Assembly: GCA_964016885.1 (NCBI GenBank)
Contig: OZ024740.1
Coordinates: 180,172,001-180,236,000, forward strand
Direction: 5' to 3'
DNA: 64,000 nucleotides
DNA from: Eledone cirrhosa
Taxonomy: Eukaryota
Position numbers and translations under genes: made by a program. A model generated the notes under the pieces. That model saw only the letters and a list, made by a program, of their open reading frames with translations, did not search any database and was not told the origin of the DNA. Within the stretch, counting starts at the first letter, position 1; each line of letters starts with the position of its first letter. Shown piece by piece: positions 13,431-27,849 of the stretch.

Positions 13431-15378
13431 ATGTTAAACGAAGCTAACGAAAATAGTGGTGGGGGGACAGCGGTAAGAGTTGTAAGCTCGCACGCTTTAG
13501 TCCCCGCTTCCTTCACAACTAACGTCATAGAGAAGGAAAGAAAAAATAAAAGAAAAACAGACGAATCTGCGGAGAAAAATGACGAAAACACAAATCTGGA
13601 CAGTGATCCCAACAACGAAAAAAAAAAAATTTGAAAAATTGCATGACAATATTAATACCACAAACAAAGATACGACAAACACAAAAATAACATTTGAAAA
13701 CAACATCATAACAGAAAGCAAAGCAGACGACAAAGTCAACACCAATAATATTTCATTTGCACAAACAAGAAAGAAATCTTTGACATATATACCTGAAAAT
13801 ATTTCAGATGTGGCACAAAGAATTACAGACGCCAAACAATACATAACTGAAGGGGAAAATGGTATTTTATCGCTAAAAATGCATCAAGAACTCACCAAAG
13901 ACATTGAAAGTCGGACAGTCGTTTTCCGCACCATCAACAACATTTCTAAAAAACCTCAACAGCCAACACAAACAGAAATCAAAGCAGTACTTACAGAAGT
14001 ACTTAATGAAACCCCTTTTATAAGAAGAGACAAACTGTATGGAAGCCTGCCTAGCGATTATTATGAAGAACGAATCGGCGGTAAAAAAATGTGCTTTGTC
14101 ACCGATTCGTTCGACAAATTTTACCTTTTATCCATCTTATATGGGTAAAAGAACTCAGCGCATATGGCTGGATGCAATGATGCCAGATGTGGACTACTGA
14201 TGGCTCATAGCTGGCTTCATCGATCCAGCGAATGACAACGTGATTTCCATTGGGAAAACCACAGGCAATGCGTTCAGTGGAACAGGTATAGAAATTGTAG
14301 TGCAAATGAAGCCTGAACGCATCGCCCAAATACCCGACAGAATCCTATTAGAGGGCCACGGGTATATAAACATTAGCGTGGAGGGGAGAAGGCCGTCCTG
14401 TCATATCTGTGCAGGCAGAGGGCACCCGAAGGCGGCTTGTCCCCAACTCAACAAAAAGAAAACCCTGCTACCAACACCAGCTCCACCATCACCACAACAG
14501 ATAAACAAACAACAAAACTCAGTCCCACCCAACCCGTCCCTCAGTAAAACTACACCACCACCACAACACAAACAGTCACAACACGTTACCCAAAAACAAA
14601 ATACAGTCCCACCCAACGCCTCACTCAATAAAACAACACAACCACCGCAGCCACAACACACAACACAGTCTAACATAGTGACATCCATCTCCCTCACAAA
14701 GAAAACCAACACGGAAACATTACCAGCAAACATACCTCTTCCCTCGAACACTGAAGATAACCCAACGAATTCGGAGGAAGAAACGGATTCCTTCAGACAG
14801 ATTAAAAGGTAAAAAAGAAAACATGTGCAAAACACACAAGGCCAAACAACCCCTCCCCAAATATCAACACAATCCAACAAAACACAAAACACCCCTCCAG
14901 CAACAAACAAAACCAAACCTGCCCCTCCCCTCTTCGAAACACTCACACCATCCGAAAAAAGACATTACACTATACTTACATCAACAGAAACAATAATAAA
15001 TTAAATGAACTCATAAACAATAATCCTTCGGTACAAACCGAAGGTGTAAACTTTGTTTCTTCAGAAAACTACCCACATTTAAAATTAATAAAGATCCCAA
15101 TGAACCTCTACCAAAAACTAAAAAAGGATTTTAAGGAGGACGTAGGACCGCCCTCTGTCAAACCCATAAACCACGTCCTACTAAAAGGATTCCCCCTCCA
15201 CTTCCCCTCCACAACACAACTCCAAACACCCCAACCCCACCACACACTGACGACCCCACACCACCACAAGACACCCCTTCACCCAACACCCCCGACCCCA
15301 TGGAAGTCGTGCGACTCGAACCCCGGGAAGCAGAAAGGTAGGTCTCTACACTCTCCTTTGGCTTTGCCGTCCACATGA
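13431..15378 (+). pseudogene. LINE ORF1 (frameshifted), CCHC zinc knuckle followed by a Pro/Thr-rich tail
   Basis: Fragments 13579-14148, 14240-14812 (CHICAGRGHPKAAC) and 15100-15378. The final TGA overlaps the ORF2 ATG (ATGA at 15375-15378). Confidence 0.75.
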
Positions 15379-18331
15379 ATGTGTTAAGAGTAGGATGTTT
15401 GAATGCACGTGGCCTGGGCTCAACTTGGAAGTAAGCAAAGCTTCTAAATGACCTCAGGTCACGTGGTATAAATATAATGGTTATCTGTGAGACTCGGATC
15501 AGCGTCGTGCGGCAGCTGGCCCCTACCTTCGATGACTTTGAGGTGCATGCATCTCTCTGTCAACCTGGAAGTGGGGGTGGGGTTGTCGTACTGCTGGAAA
15601 AAAACACCTGGATCTCGCCGTACAGGTTGTTCACTCGGACCCGGAGGGTCGTTTGTTGGTGCTAGACGTTGGCAGTAGTGAAATGCGGCCTTGAGACTGG
15701 TCGCCGTCTACTCCCCTTTCGGAGCTGAACGGCCCGACTTCTTCCAGCGTTTGGAGACTTTTCTGGGAACGTCGCGTTGCCTGCTTCTAGCGGAGAATTG
15801 GAATGACATCCTAGATGCACGTTGGGACTATGCAGGAGCATGTCCTAATAGAGGGGGTCGTAACAGCCTCAAGGGGTTACTCGACCGTTTTAACTTGGTC
15901 GATAGATATCGACTAGATTTTCCAACTGTGCCAACCTGGACTTGGACGAACCATAGTGTTCAATCTAGATCGTACTTAGATATATTCTTAGTTAGAAGTA
16001 AGGATAGGGACATATTAAGCTGTCCAGAAATGCTCACGGTTGGCTATACGGATCACAAATTAGTGACCTGCGTAGTCAATCTCGAGAAAAAACATAAACA
16101 CGGTCCCGCTTACTGGAAACTTAATTTGTCTTTACCGGCAAAAGAGACTTACAGAAACCGGATTAGCCGATTAGTTAAGGAGAGGTTGACGGGTGCAATC
16201 GTCAACAACCGATGGTGGGCATCTCTCAAAAGAGAGATTAGAACAGAATCAATACGTTATAGCAAGATGTTAGCTGCCGATAGGAATAGAAACGAGAAAG
16301 AATTAACAGGTAAATTAGAAGAGGCAATCAAGAGCGAAGATGTGGCCAGAGTGCTGGCATCGAGAACGGCCTTGAACCAGTTTTTCGATGCAAAGCACGA
16401 AGGCTGCGTCATTCGAAGTAAAATACGTGCTCTAGGTAATGAGGGGGCCAAAGCCGTTGGCTGGGCTTTCCTGACAGAAGCTAAGAGTGGAAATCGATCC
16501 ACCATCCGGTCGTTGCAAGACGAGGATGGACGGGTGATCCGGGAGCCTAAGCAGATGTGCGAGGCCTTTCAAAGGCACTTTGCCCGATTATTCGGGGGAG
16601 ACGAGGGTCCGGGCGGGGACGTGGATTTCGGTCCATACCTCGACGGCCTGCCACGTCTCTCGAGCGAAGAGGCAGAGTCCTGCGAGCGACCAATCTCGGC
16701 TGATGAGATCGGCGATGCGCTGAGCCAATGCAGCAGACGCAAATCCCCAGGTCTCGATGGTATACCTTACGAACTTTATTTAGCAATGCCGGTCTTCTTC
16801 TCCGAACTCCTCGAAGCGGTCTACTGCAATTGACAGCAGAACGGGAGAATTCCTTGTTCTGTAGCCAAGGGCGTAGTCTCCCTGGTGAGGAAGGACGAGA
16901 GCAAGGGGGATAGTATAAATAATTTTCGGCCCATAACCCTGCTAAACACAGAGTTAAAGATTTTGGCCAAGGTGTTAGCAAAGAGGTTGGCGCTTCGTGG
17001 GTGGCCTGGTGGGAGATGCGAAGACATGTGCTATCCCATCCAGGTACATTCACGATAACCTTCACCCCATGCAATACATCATAGAGAGGGTTGGCAACAA
17101 ACCCGGCTTCGGTGGGGCCCTGATCAACTTGGATAAGTCTAAGGCCTTCGATAGGGTCGACCATGGTTACCTGGATGCGGTGCTAGCGGCGGCTGGGTTC
17201 GGTCCTGTTTTCAGAGGCTGGATCACTGCCTTACATAGCAACCACATCTGTTCTAGGATCAAGGTGAACGGCTACCTTTCGAAGCCGTTCGAAATCACAC
17301 GATCCATTCGACAGGGGTGCCCTCTCTCCTCCCTTCTGTACGTATTGACTCTCGAGCCTTTACTGAGGAAGTTGGAGTTGTTGCAGGGTATCCCCCTGGA
17401 ACCAGGATTGAGCAAAGCGGTGTCGTCCTACACCGTGACGTAACAGTAATGGTATCGACCGACTCGTAGGCACGCATTAAGGCTACGGCACCTACAGGTA
17501 TTCCTCACTGGTCAACCGGTGTGGGCTCCGTTCGTGAAACGAGCCTTTCCGAGACTCGTCTCGCTCACCGAGCTGCAGTCCTGGGTCAAGAAAAGATCCG
17601 GAAAACTGGGAGACTGGCACACTGAGTGTGCCCAGGCGCTCAGGGCTCTCTGGCAAGCGGGCCAGACCATCGGTGGAGAATCCACCTCATCATTCTATAG
17701 AGGGCTGGTGGCTAGCAGGGGCGATGACACGCTTGGAGAGTCGCTGGACATGGAAGAGGACGAACTGGCCAGTCTGTTCGGTAGGACTTTCGGCCCGGGA
17801 CCAATGGACAACTTCCAGAAGTCACTAGCCTGGCAGTGCTACCGGGGGGCTCTACCCGTTCGAGAGAGGCTCTTCAGACACGGGCGCCCGGGCAGGGATC
17901 CCTCGAAAAAGATTTGCCCTAGATGCATGCGTCACGAAGAAACCGTTGCGCACGCATTGGTGCAATGTCCGGGAGTGGCTGATCTGTGGGGCTACGCCGA
18001 ACGACTGCTGTCGCGGGTGGCGCAGATTCGATTGACCGCCGAGTCCGTGATGACAATCAAGCCGCCTCCCCTCTTCACAAAGGAAGCAGAGGCGGTTTTT
18101 CTGTGCGTAATAGCCATGTTGAAAGAGGTTGTTTGGTGGACACGATTGAAAGGTCTGAGGTCAGGCAACTTCTTCTCTGGCCATCGTCTGGTCTACTTCT
18201 TCCGATATCACTTCGGAAGAAGGATAACAATGGAGAGAGAGGTGGTTGGCCACAGGCAGTTTTATGAAAGGTGGCTGATAGTGGCGAGAATGGCTCGTGT
18301 AAATGGGCCTTTTCTGTATACCATCCTGTAG
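15375..18331 (+). pseudogene. LINE ORF2 (APE endonuclease plus RT), with stops, frameshifts and an internal deletion near 17480
   Basis: Motifs LNARGL, ICET, SYLD, TDH, WKLN, KSPGLDG, RPITLLN, KAFDRVDH, RQGCPLS and CPRC...HALVQC. Confidence 0.9.
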
Positions 18332-18571
18332 GTAAAGAAGTGAAGGAGAGGGGAGCACCTTCTCCATGTGCTCCCCGGGCAAAGGATTGCACACTTTTTC
18401 GGGGGGGGGGGTGCAACCCCCATCACGTCCCCCCCCCTTTTGGGGTTGTTTTCGATTATTTTCATTTTATACCCTTTTTACTCGATTTTATGTAAACTCC
18501 CCCTTTGTATTTGTCCCTTCTTTTTATGCCTTTATGTAAATAAACAAATATATCTATCTATCTATCTATCT

Positions 18572-19390
18572 CATCGAAGACGATGAGCTCATCAGTATGT
18601 TTGGTAGGACTTTCCGCCCGGAACCTATGGACAACTTCCAGAGGTCCCTGGCCTGGCAGTGCTACCGAGGAGCTCTACCGGTTCGTGACAATATCTACAG
18701 GCACGGACGCCCTGGCAGGGATCCTTCCAATAGGACGTGTCCAAGATGTGCGCAGGACATTGAAACAGTTCTGCACGCAATTGTACACTGCCCGGGTGTA
18801 AGCGACCTGTGGAACTATGCAGAACAACTGCTGTCGCGTATGGGACAAATACAGTTGACTGCCGAGTCCATAGTAAGGATCAAACCGCCAGACTCTTTCA
18901 AAAACGAAAGAGAGGCGGTTTTCCTCTGTACGGTGGCTATGGTGAAAGAAGTTATATGGTGGACGAGGTTGAGAGGACTGAGGACAGATGCCTTTCTCTC
19001 CGGACAACAATTGATTCCCTTCTTTAAGTATCACTTTAGAAGGAGAATCAGGGTGGAGAGAGAGGCACTGCACCCCAGTAAATTTACTGAAAGGTGGGTG
19101 AATGAAGCGAAAATGGCCCGAGTGATTGGGCCTTCTCTGTTTATAAGCCTGTAGGTTGAGGAAGAGAGCAAAAGGAAGAAAGGAGCACTTGCACAACACG
19201 CTCCTCGAGTTGAGGGTTGTTCTATCGACGGGGTATTAAACAACCCATTTGTGGCGCCTCCCCCCTATTGGGGATTTCGATTGTTGAAATTGTTTGTTTT
19301 TATATTTTTTACACGACTGTATGTAAAATCCCCGGCATGTCTTTGTATTGTCCCCTTTCTTGTTGCGCCCTTGTGGATAATAAAGAAATC
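18572..19390 (+). mobile_element. 5'-truncated 3' end of a related L1/Tx1 subfamily, in tandem directly after the first element's tail
   Basis: ORF 18597-19154 is a diverged paralog of 17519-18331. It has a different 3' UTR ending AATAAAGAAATCTATCTATATA. Confidence 0.9.
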
Positions 19391-19394
19391 TATC

Positions 19395-19709
<315 letters not shown>

Positions 19710-21165
19710 CATTGATTAAATTCAAATTTCGAATAGTGTATCTTACACGCTAACAAAAGTTCAATCACCTTTATATCCCTTTGAAATTTCGTGTATAACA
19801 TTGGCCAAATCAACTCATTCCCGTCCGATGCTTAAATGTTAATTCTATTAAAATACATGGAACTCATTAATTAATAATCATTTCTATTGAAAATATTTCA
19901 TTATTATTCAATATATTATCATATGTTTTCGAATACATAAATAACATTAATTTATCATTAATGTTTCGCTCAGCTGTAAATTATTCGCATTTAATCTAAC
20001 TAAAATATGAACTTGAATAGAATTAATTGCAATTAAGTACTGCAAAATATAGAAATTTATATAACATATCGGCAATGTTTCACCTGAATATTATTTATAT
20101 TAGTATTAGTTAATACTTAGCCGCTATTCTTACTATAAGAGTATAATCATGCATATTTTAAAATATTTATTATAATAATTTCTTCACAAATAAGGAATTA
20201 ATTTTATAATGCAGGGATAGTGGTGACATGTGATAACAATTGAATTTCTATTTCGATCATAATACAATTACCTCCCCTTATTCCTGTTTCTCATTTAGCT
20301 GTACTATTATACATGTATAAACTCGGATTAGCGTAGTAATAAAAGGTTGGATGATAGCTCCAACGTTGAAATTGAAATTATACGTATGCCTCTGTGAATA
20401 ATTGCATCACACCATACACACACAAATACACTCACACAAACACACACATACACATACACACACACATGCACACACGCAGATATATATACATATATATGTA
20501 TATATAGATATATGTATACATATATACATATATAAGTATAATAAAGATGCATATAATCTACCAAATCTACTAATGTATAGAGTAGTTATTTTACCTGATT
20601 ACCCCAGACCTGATAACGCCAAACATTTTAATTACTTCTCTAAATAGATTTATTTATTAATATATCTTATACTTTCATTGACACGTCTAAGACCTAGAGA
20701 GAGGTACGCTTATAAATTGATATTAAGTGCTCCGCCCCTGTTAAGCTGATTTATACTGTTTGGGGTATTATTTTCAGCGTCACTATAAGCCCATTGTATT
20801 GTCCTAATATATTGAGTTGGATATATTCATATAGTAATTTACTGTAAACACGTTAGACACTATGCTGTTTGGCAACTGGATACATGTATGCTATATATTA
20901 AACTTCTCTTATTCCCATTAACTTCTCCCCTGATGATGGAATTGTAATACTTCCAATATTGGTCTTTGCAAAGGTTGTGAATCAGTAAAAGTGTTTCTTG
21001 AATTCCAGAAACCAGCATTAGGGAAGCATATGAGGAAATCCGATTTATCTGAATCGGTCTAGCTCCTATCCACCCAAATCTTAATTCTGGTGAAAGTTTA
21101 ATATGTTTAATTACTTCATAACTCATTCTTTTATTGTAATGTATAATGTTTAGATATATCACTTT

Positions 21166-21200
<35 letters not shown>

Positions 21201-22244
21201 TGGGGGGGGGGTAGTGGCATTGCACGTATATGTGTATGATTTCATCAAAACACTCCAATGCATCTATATCTATCTGTTTATATATCTGTGTGCGTGTGTG
21301 TGGTCAAGACACTAAACTGTATCCGGTTCTGAGGCTATAGATCATAGCACTGGAGATGTGAGGAGTATGTAGTTACCCCTTAGTGATTACACCCAGCTTC
21401 ACTATGGCTCAGTGTGGTAGTACTTGTCAGGGTGCCATCTATGGATTAATTATTCTTATTGGCAATGCTCATCGTACCAAGCCCCTGTATCTGTGGAGAT
21501 GTTTTGTAGCATCCAGCCCCTACGCACTATTCTAACTTTCCTTGTGCCTCCAAGGAATGTTATGAGCCATTCGCTATGGCAAGGATACCGATGTAAATTC
21601 TACTACCCGAAGAACTCGCGCTCACCATCATAGTTTGCTATGCTATGACGAATGAACTCCGTGTCTAAAGGTTGAGTTCAGTTCAGCACACACTACCCTT
21701 CATATACAATCTTCACTGTGCTGGCTTGAAGAACATGTCTGCCACAACGAACAATTCCAAGCCCTGTATCGAATGTAGAGGCGAGGAGAGGAGTGAAAAC
21801 GACAGGTGTAAGATGACATAGAAAATGTAGTGGTGTATAGCTTTCCCTTTCCTCACTACCACGTTGATAAAATAGAGTACCGTAACACAGTGGGATTGAT
21901 ACAATCGACTTTCCCTTTCCCTTCAAATTGTTAAGTGTTAGATACATCATAAGATGTTTCTGATTGGAATAATATTCCTCATTCATCCCTTTGTAACGAC
22001 TCAGCTACTTCAAAACCACCATATGTGCATTGTGCCGAATTTAGAAAAATAGTGTTAAAAGAAGTCTAGTAAAAAGGAAGGAAGAATTATTAAAGTGTGA
22101 AAATGTTTTGGGTATTTACTTACAATATTCTACGTTCTGAATTCAAGACACGTCGAAGTCACCTTTGCCTTTCATCCATCCGCTGTCGAGTCAATAAACC
22201 AACAGTTATCTATCAGAATATAATTGGTATTTTCGCTAAATAAA

Positions 22245-22460
22245 GGCTGCTGATTGGCAATATCGGTAGAGAGTCGGATACTACGCTTTGCAGCATAGAG
22301 TTATGGCCCTTTATTGTATGAGTTCAAATCTCGCTGAGGTTAACTTAGCCTTTAATCCTTATGTGGCCGATAAAATAAACACGAGTAACGTACTGGGGTT
22401 GATTTAATCGACATTCCCTTATCTCCAAATTTCTGGCCTTATAACTATACTAGAAATCAT
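22245..22460 (+). mobile_element. tRNA-derived SINE (same family as 2714); a further fragment lies at about 22130-22200
   Basis: GAGTTCAAATC B-box-like motif, core domain and the 3' segment TACTGGGGTTGATTTAATCGAC. Confidence 0.8.
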
Positions 22461-24208
22461 TAGAATACGGCAGGCTACCTTTTCTGAAAATACAGTCATA
22501 CGATATTGCTCATTGGAATAACTTTCTGCATTCATCGCTTTGTAGCGACACAGCTTCTACAAGAACACCAACTGCACACAACATAAGCAACACCAAACAG
22601 AAAAGTAGTACCAAGGACAGACAATAGGTATCATTAGTCATTCATACAGACACGGATTAGGGACAGCAACCAATTCGTCTTGCCACGAATTTGGACATGG
22701 AGTTTCATTTCAATCCCCGTTCTTGTCAAATAACTGGTGTGCAGCTATCAACTTCCTTTATATTTATGATACTCTGATATATATCATTTCACTGAACATG
22801 TCAATTGAATACGCTGCTGGAAAAAAATAAGACAATATATACATGTCTACGTTACTAACTAATGTCTTCTTTCTTATCTCTTACAGAATTGATGTATAAT
22901 TCTAGCCTATGTGGTTTAGATAAAATACAAATCAATACTTCTACATTTTGCATTGTTTAATTTGGAAACACGATAAGAAAGGTTGACTGGTTGAAGTTAA
23001 AATATATTGTTTGCCAATTAGTAAGACAGATATAACATTAAGTGCATGCTTTAAATAATATTCGACACAAAATAAACTTTTCTGAAAAAGAGAAGCAAAG
23101 TCGTGCTGTATATAATAGACGTAATAATGTGTTAGATATATGTGTAGTTGCAAATCTCACCCAATGACTATATGATTCACGGTTCAATCACAGCGAATAG
23201 TTTTTATGGCAAGTATCTTCTACTATCATTGGAAATATTAAAGTTGTTGGAAAGATATTTTGAGACGAAAACCCTACGTCTTCTTTTCCTAAAAGTGACC
23301 TAGAGACAGAGTTCTCAAGCATGCGTTTTAGTGGGTCCTATCAGAAGAAACTCTCTCCAACAGTCTTAACTGTCTCTAATTTATCCGTCAGTATCCCGAA
23401 CCAAGACCAGCTGAGCAAATGTATGCTATCCCACCATCTTGCTCGGGTTCTAGCCTGTATAGCTTCTCGATTGATTTCGCTTTGTAGCAATCGACGTATT
23501 ATATGAAGTAGGCTAAAAACGAAATTGTTTCATATCATACACAAGCACTATTTATCCAATCATTCTGTACAGTAACAAAGGTTCGTCGTTATTCTGAACA
23601 AAACCTATTAAATACTAAGCCGAAGTTTCTTTTTTAATTAATACGTTCTTCTATTCAAATTTTCTTAAACTTAATTAAAGTCTTCCTATCTCTGAATGGG
23701 AAATGGTTGTTACACTAACTACTATAAATCCTGAAAAGTATATTATTTGTTTTATACTACAAAATACTAAAAGCGAACAAATTGTTTGCTCACAGATAAC
23801 ATTTGATTTTATATTTTCACACTTAAATGTCAAAAGTGAACATTGGGCAATACTACTGCTATTACAAAATAGTGATTTTAGTCATTCTGTTTGCATTCAC
23901 TAATGTGTTAGTTCTTTTCAGTATATTATATATCTCATATAATTCTTCCAATATCTAAATATAAATATTGGTTAAAATGAAAATTTATATTGATTTTTCT
24001 TTCACTTATACATCGTAGGTGAATGTTCATATTTTCACGAATGTACACACAAATACAATCAGATGTAAATACACTCACGGATTTACACATGCACACAGAA
24101 ATAGGTTGCTCGCATCATAACAAGAGAAAATTGCTGTAGACACATATACGCACGAGGAGACACAAACAAATTGACTCCATGTATGTATATATTCATATTA
24201 CTTTTTCT

Positions 24209-24250
<42 letters not shown>

Positions 24251-24329
24251 GTAAGTATGTACACGTACACACGTGTGTATGTATATATATACATATAGAC
24301 ACACACACACATATATATATATATATATT

Positions 24330-24445
24330 AAATGCAATCTCAGTTTTTCGAATATTAGTAATAACATTTGATTCGTTTGCAAGTATGCAAACAAGCCTCA
24401 AGTTTATAGCCATGTCAGTAGAATGAACTCTTCATTCTTGCTCTT
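24330..24445 (-). repeat. Dispersed copy of the structured repeat found at 44095-44640
   Basis: TTTCGAATATTAGTAATAAC...GTTTGCAAGTATGCAAACAAGCCTC...AGCCATGTCAGTAGAATGA matches 44450-44545 and abuts (TA)n. Confidence 0.75.
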
Positions 24446-24787
24446 TGAAAGTAGATAGTATTTTATGAAGTAAACATCGGCTGAGTAGCCTCATTTGCAT
24501 AGCGAACGAGTTACGACTTACCATCACGAATATTATAAATAAAATTAGAATTTTATTTCTCGCCCAGGCAAAGCTGATACATAAATGTAAGAATGGACAC
24601 GTACACACAAATATATATATACATACATATAAATATATAAACACACACACACACATACATGCACACATACATATCAAAGCCAGTGTTGAACAAACAAGTG
24701 GCGATCGGTCACTAGCATGGCTCAGCTTAAAATGGGGCCGTTTCTTTACAAACGAATCTAACATTATTAATGTTCAATATTACAGTT

Positions 24788-25000
24788 AGCGGAGGGCAGT
24801 ATCGGTTGAGCGTCGAACACCATGCTTTGTAGCATAGAGTTACATCCCTTTAAGATCTGAGTTCAAATCCCGCCGAGGTTAACTTTGCCTTTCATCCTTA
24901 CGGGGTCAATAAAATAAAGTACCAGTCACGCACTGGGGTCAAGTTAATCGACATTCCCCTCCCCCTAAATTGGTAGCCTTGTGCCTATATAAGAAACCAT
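24788..25000 (+). mobile_element. tRNA-derived SINE (best-preserved copy)
   Basis: GAGTTCAAATCCCGCCGAGGTTAACTTTGCCTTTCATCCTTACGGGGTCAATAAAATAAAGTACCAGT. Confidence 0.85.
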
Positions 25001-25095
25001 TATTCATGTTCAATATAACCTATAAGTACATACGTATATGTATATATGTGTGTGTAATATATATATTTATACACACACACACACACATATATATA

Positions 25096-25184
<89 letters not shown>

Positions 25185-26809
25185 ATATAAATATATATAT
25201 GAATATATAAATATATAAATGGAAAAGAATGAAACGAAATTTCATTTCTCACTCTTATTACTGCTGATACCTAAATATAAGTATGTATACGTACATATAT
25301 ATACTTGTACAGGCGTACAGTGTATATATATATATACATACATGCACACACATATATATATATATATGTAAGTATGGTTTTACCGAACATTTATTATAAT
25401 TTTCGGTTTGTTTGTAAACAAACAGCCCGAATTACGCCGTACATTGCTCGGCGACCATCGTCACCCTTTTGTTCAACATTGACACAGGGACGATGTACTA
25501 GTTTCAATCTTATTAGCTATCGTCAGCATTGTATATACTTTCAAAAGTTCAATCATCTGACAGAAGGTATACTTATATTTAAGTATCAGCCGTACTAAGA
25601 GTGAGAAATGAAATTTCGTTTCATTCTTTTCCATCTATCGTTTTCGGTACGCCCGGCCGACCAACTCACTCGATATGCAAATTAGGCTGCTCAGCCGTTA
25701 ATATGCATAAGACAAGTATATACTTTCAAACATTCAACCATCTGACAGAAAGGTATACGATGCTGACGATAGCTAATAAGCTTAAAACTAGACCATATAT
25801 GGAATAATTCTATTCGGCTAACTTAAATGCAGGTAATCGGATTTAATGTTGATTTGTTTATGAAGTAAGGAATTCCACCTCCCTCTCGAAAGAGGCATTA
25901 CTATGGTCTTCGAGATAATATTCTCAGAATAGCTAAAACGTATTCCTGGTAGATCGCTGAGCTGAAATGTACGGAGTGTAAACTAAATACACAAACTGGC
26001 CTGGAAACATACACGTATGTCATGCTATATACTTATCTAATTTGGTTCGTTTTGATTCAAACGATCAATTAATACAAGAGCATCCCTCGTAGCCATTCTA
26101 TTCGGATTTATATCACATTTGTATGTAACAACAATAACATTCCTCGTCTAATGCATGTGTTTATGTATTAAGGAATAGTGTTGAATTTGAAAGGGTTTAA
26201 GTGTGGCCCTTCTATGTTGCGTCAATTGCGATTGCATACAGATGTTGTCGCTAGATGTAATATAATTTAATTACATAATACTTAGTCTGTTTACAACAAG
26301 ATGAATGGAAGCCTTCACGCTAAAAAGGCAATGAAACTGCTTCAGCGTATTTGGAGAAACGTTTTATTAGCTTGTAGTGTATGTACATATAACTTTGAAT
26401 TTAAGTTATTTTACGTAGTATATCACATAAGCTTTCTACGTCTGTGTTGATAGACACTAATATCTACAAAATGGATTATATACTCTTCTGCGGAACCATT
26501 TCATAGATTTGGGTATCGGAGTTTTGTGATGAATGTTGATAAAACTTATCCTTCTCGAAGCTGAATGTCCAACAGTTGAACTTTCCCCTACACACTAACG
26601 TATTTCTCATTCAAGACGCACTGATACGGCTGCATGCAATGATCTATTTTGAGTTGTGTGATCTCCTACTGAAAATTAAGTTGGTGACATGATGTTGATT
26701 ACCGACCTAACGGCTAGATATCTACCAATTTTCAAGGCATATTTGAATACTTGATTATATCTAAAATAACCCTTAATCGAGTTGTTTTTATTTATATAGT
26801 TGGTTCCAT

Positions 26810-26970
26810 ACGCCCTGGGGGAAATCGTAGGGGCAGAGTAGTAACGTACAGCGTTCTTGAATGAAAGGCAAAGGTCACATCGACTTGCTTTGAACTCAGA
26901 GAAAATAAAGCCGAAAAAACACCGCAAAGCATACTAGCCGACGGTCTATCGAATCTGCCAATTCACCCCT
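26810..26970 (-). mobile_element. Degenerate SINE copy
   Basis: GATGAAAGGCAAAGGTC-like segment and TTTGAACTCAGA are reverse complements of the SINE core and B box. Confidence 0.6.
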
Positions 26971-27045
26971 TAATCCTATCTTGTGTTTGAATATGTATAA
27001 TCCATAGCCCACTTCTGTTTCCGATCCTTCAAACTATATATATAT

Positions 27046-27802
27046 ATATATAAATTTTAGTACAGCATAGACGAAGCTCTAGTATACGGCCAAGCTAGCG
27101 TGTATGCTTATTCGGTTTGTAGCTTTAGCACTCAGATGAGGTAAGACCCCAGAATATAACATTATGTTCAGACAGCTTAGCAAATTAGATATAGCAGTTG
27201 GCAGTCCGACCGCATCACCTGAGCAACGAAAATACAGGACCCAGGTAAAGATTTGGTACTGACCTGGACATAACGTTGAGGCTGGGTGTAAAATATACAA
27301 TCCACATCGTGTTTCCACAATATTGATCGCAAAATCGCACGCAACGACAGCGCTAAGTTTCTGCAAATCCATGATCGACAAATTCCTATTGCAGGAGTCT
27401 GCAATATGATGGTTTTTGACGACAGAACATAGGATTTACTTCTTCAGCAAGTCTTTCGTTCTTAGCCAAAGCGGGTATGCTGTGACTTTAAAGGTCGCCA
27501 CAGACGCATGGTTTTGTCCGAAGGGAGGTAACCCCCGCTTAGGCGGTGTATTCCAATTTGAGATAAAGGAATGAATCCCCTTATTCAAGCCGAATAAAGC
27601 ACTCGACTAGAAGTTATCAAACAAACTTAAACAATTAATTAATCATTAGAATCATCAAATAAAATTAATCACTTAATCGTTAATTCTAGGAGTAAATATA
27701 AATTTTAGTACAGCATAGACGAAGCTCTAGTATACGGCCAAGCTAGCGTGTATGCTTATTCGGTTTGTAGCTTTAGCACTCATATGAGGTAAGACCCCAG
27801 AG
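27046..27802. repeat. Unclassified segment bounded by a ~105-bp direct repeat (period about 650 bp) between (TA)n tracts
   Basis: ATAAATTTTAGTACAGCATAGACGAAGC...GGTAAGACCCCAGA occurs at about 27049-27153 and 27699-27802. Confidence 0.8.
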
Positions 27803-27813
27803 TATATATATAT

Positions 27814-27848
<35 letters not shown>

Positions 27849-27849
<1 letters not shown>

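Larger units (their letters stand above)
13200..18570 (+). mobile_element. L1/Tx1-clade non-LTR retrotransposon, near full length and degenerate
   Basis: ORF1 has a zinc knuckle. ORF2 has an APE endonuclease, an RT and a C-terminal CCHC motif. AATAAA is followed by a (TCTA)n tail, and the 5' end abuts (TA)n. Confidence 0.92.

Noticed and set aside
14401-14946. Antisense ORFs over the LINE, Helitron and PLE coding regions
   Set aside because: These are shadow frames with no independent motifs.
20925-20975. CTGATGA followed by a TGGAA/TTCCA hairpin
   Set aside because: No GAAA, stem III or stem I partner follows, so it is not supportable as a hammerhead.
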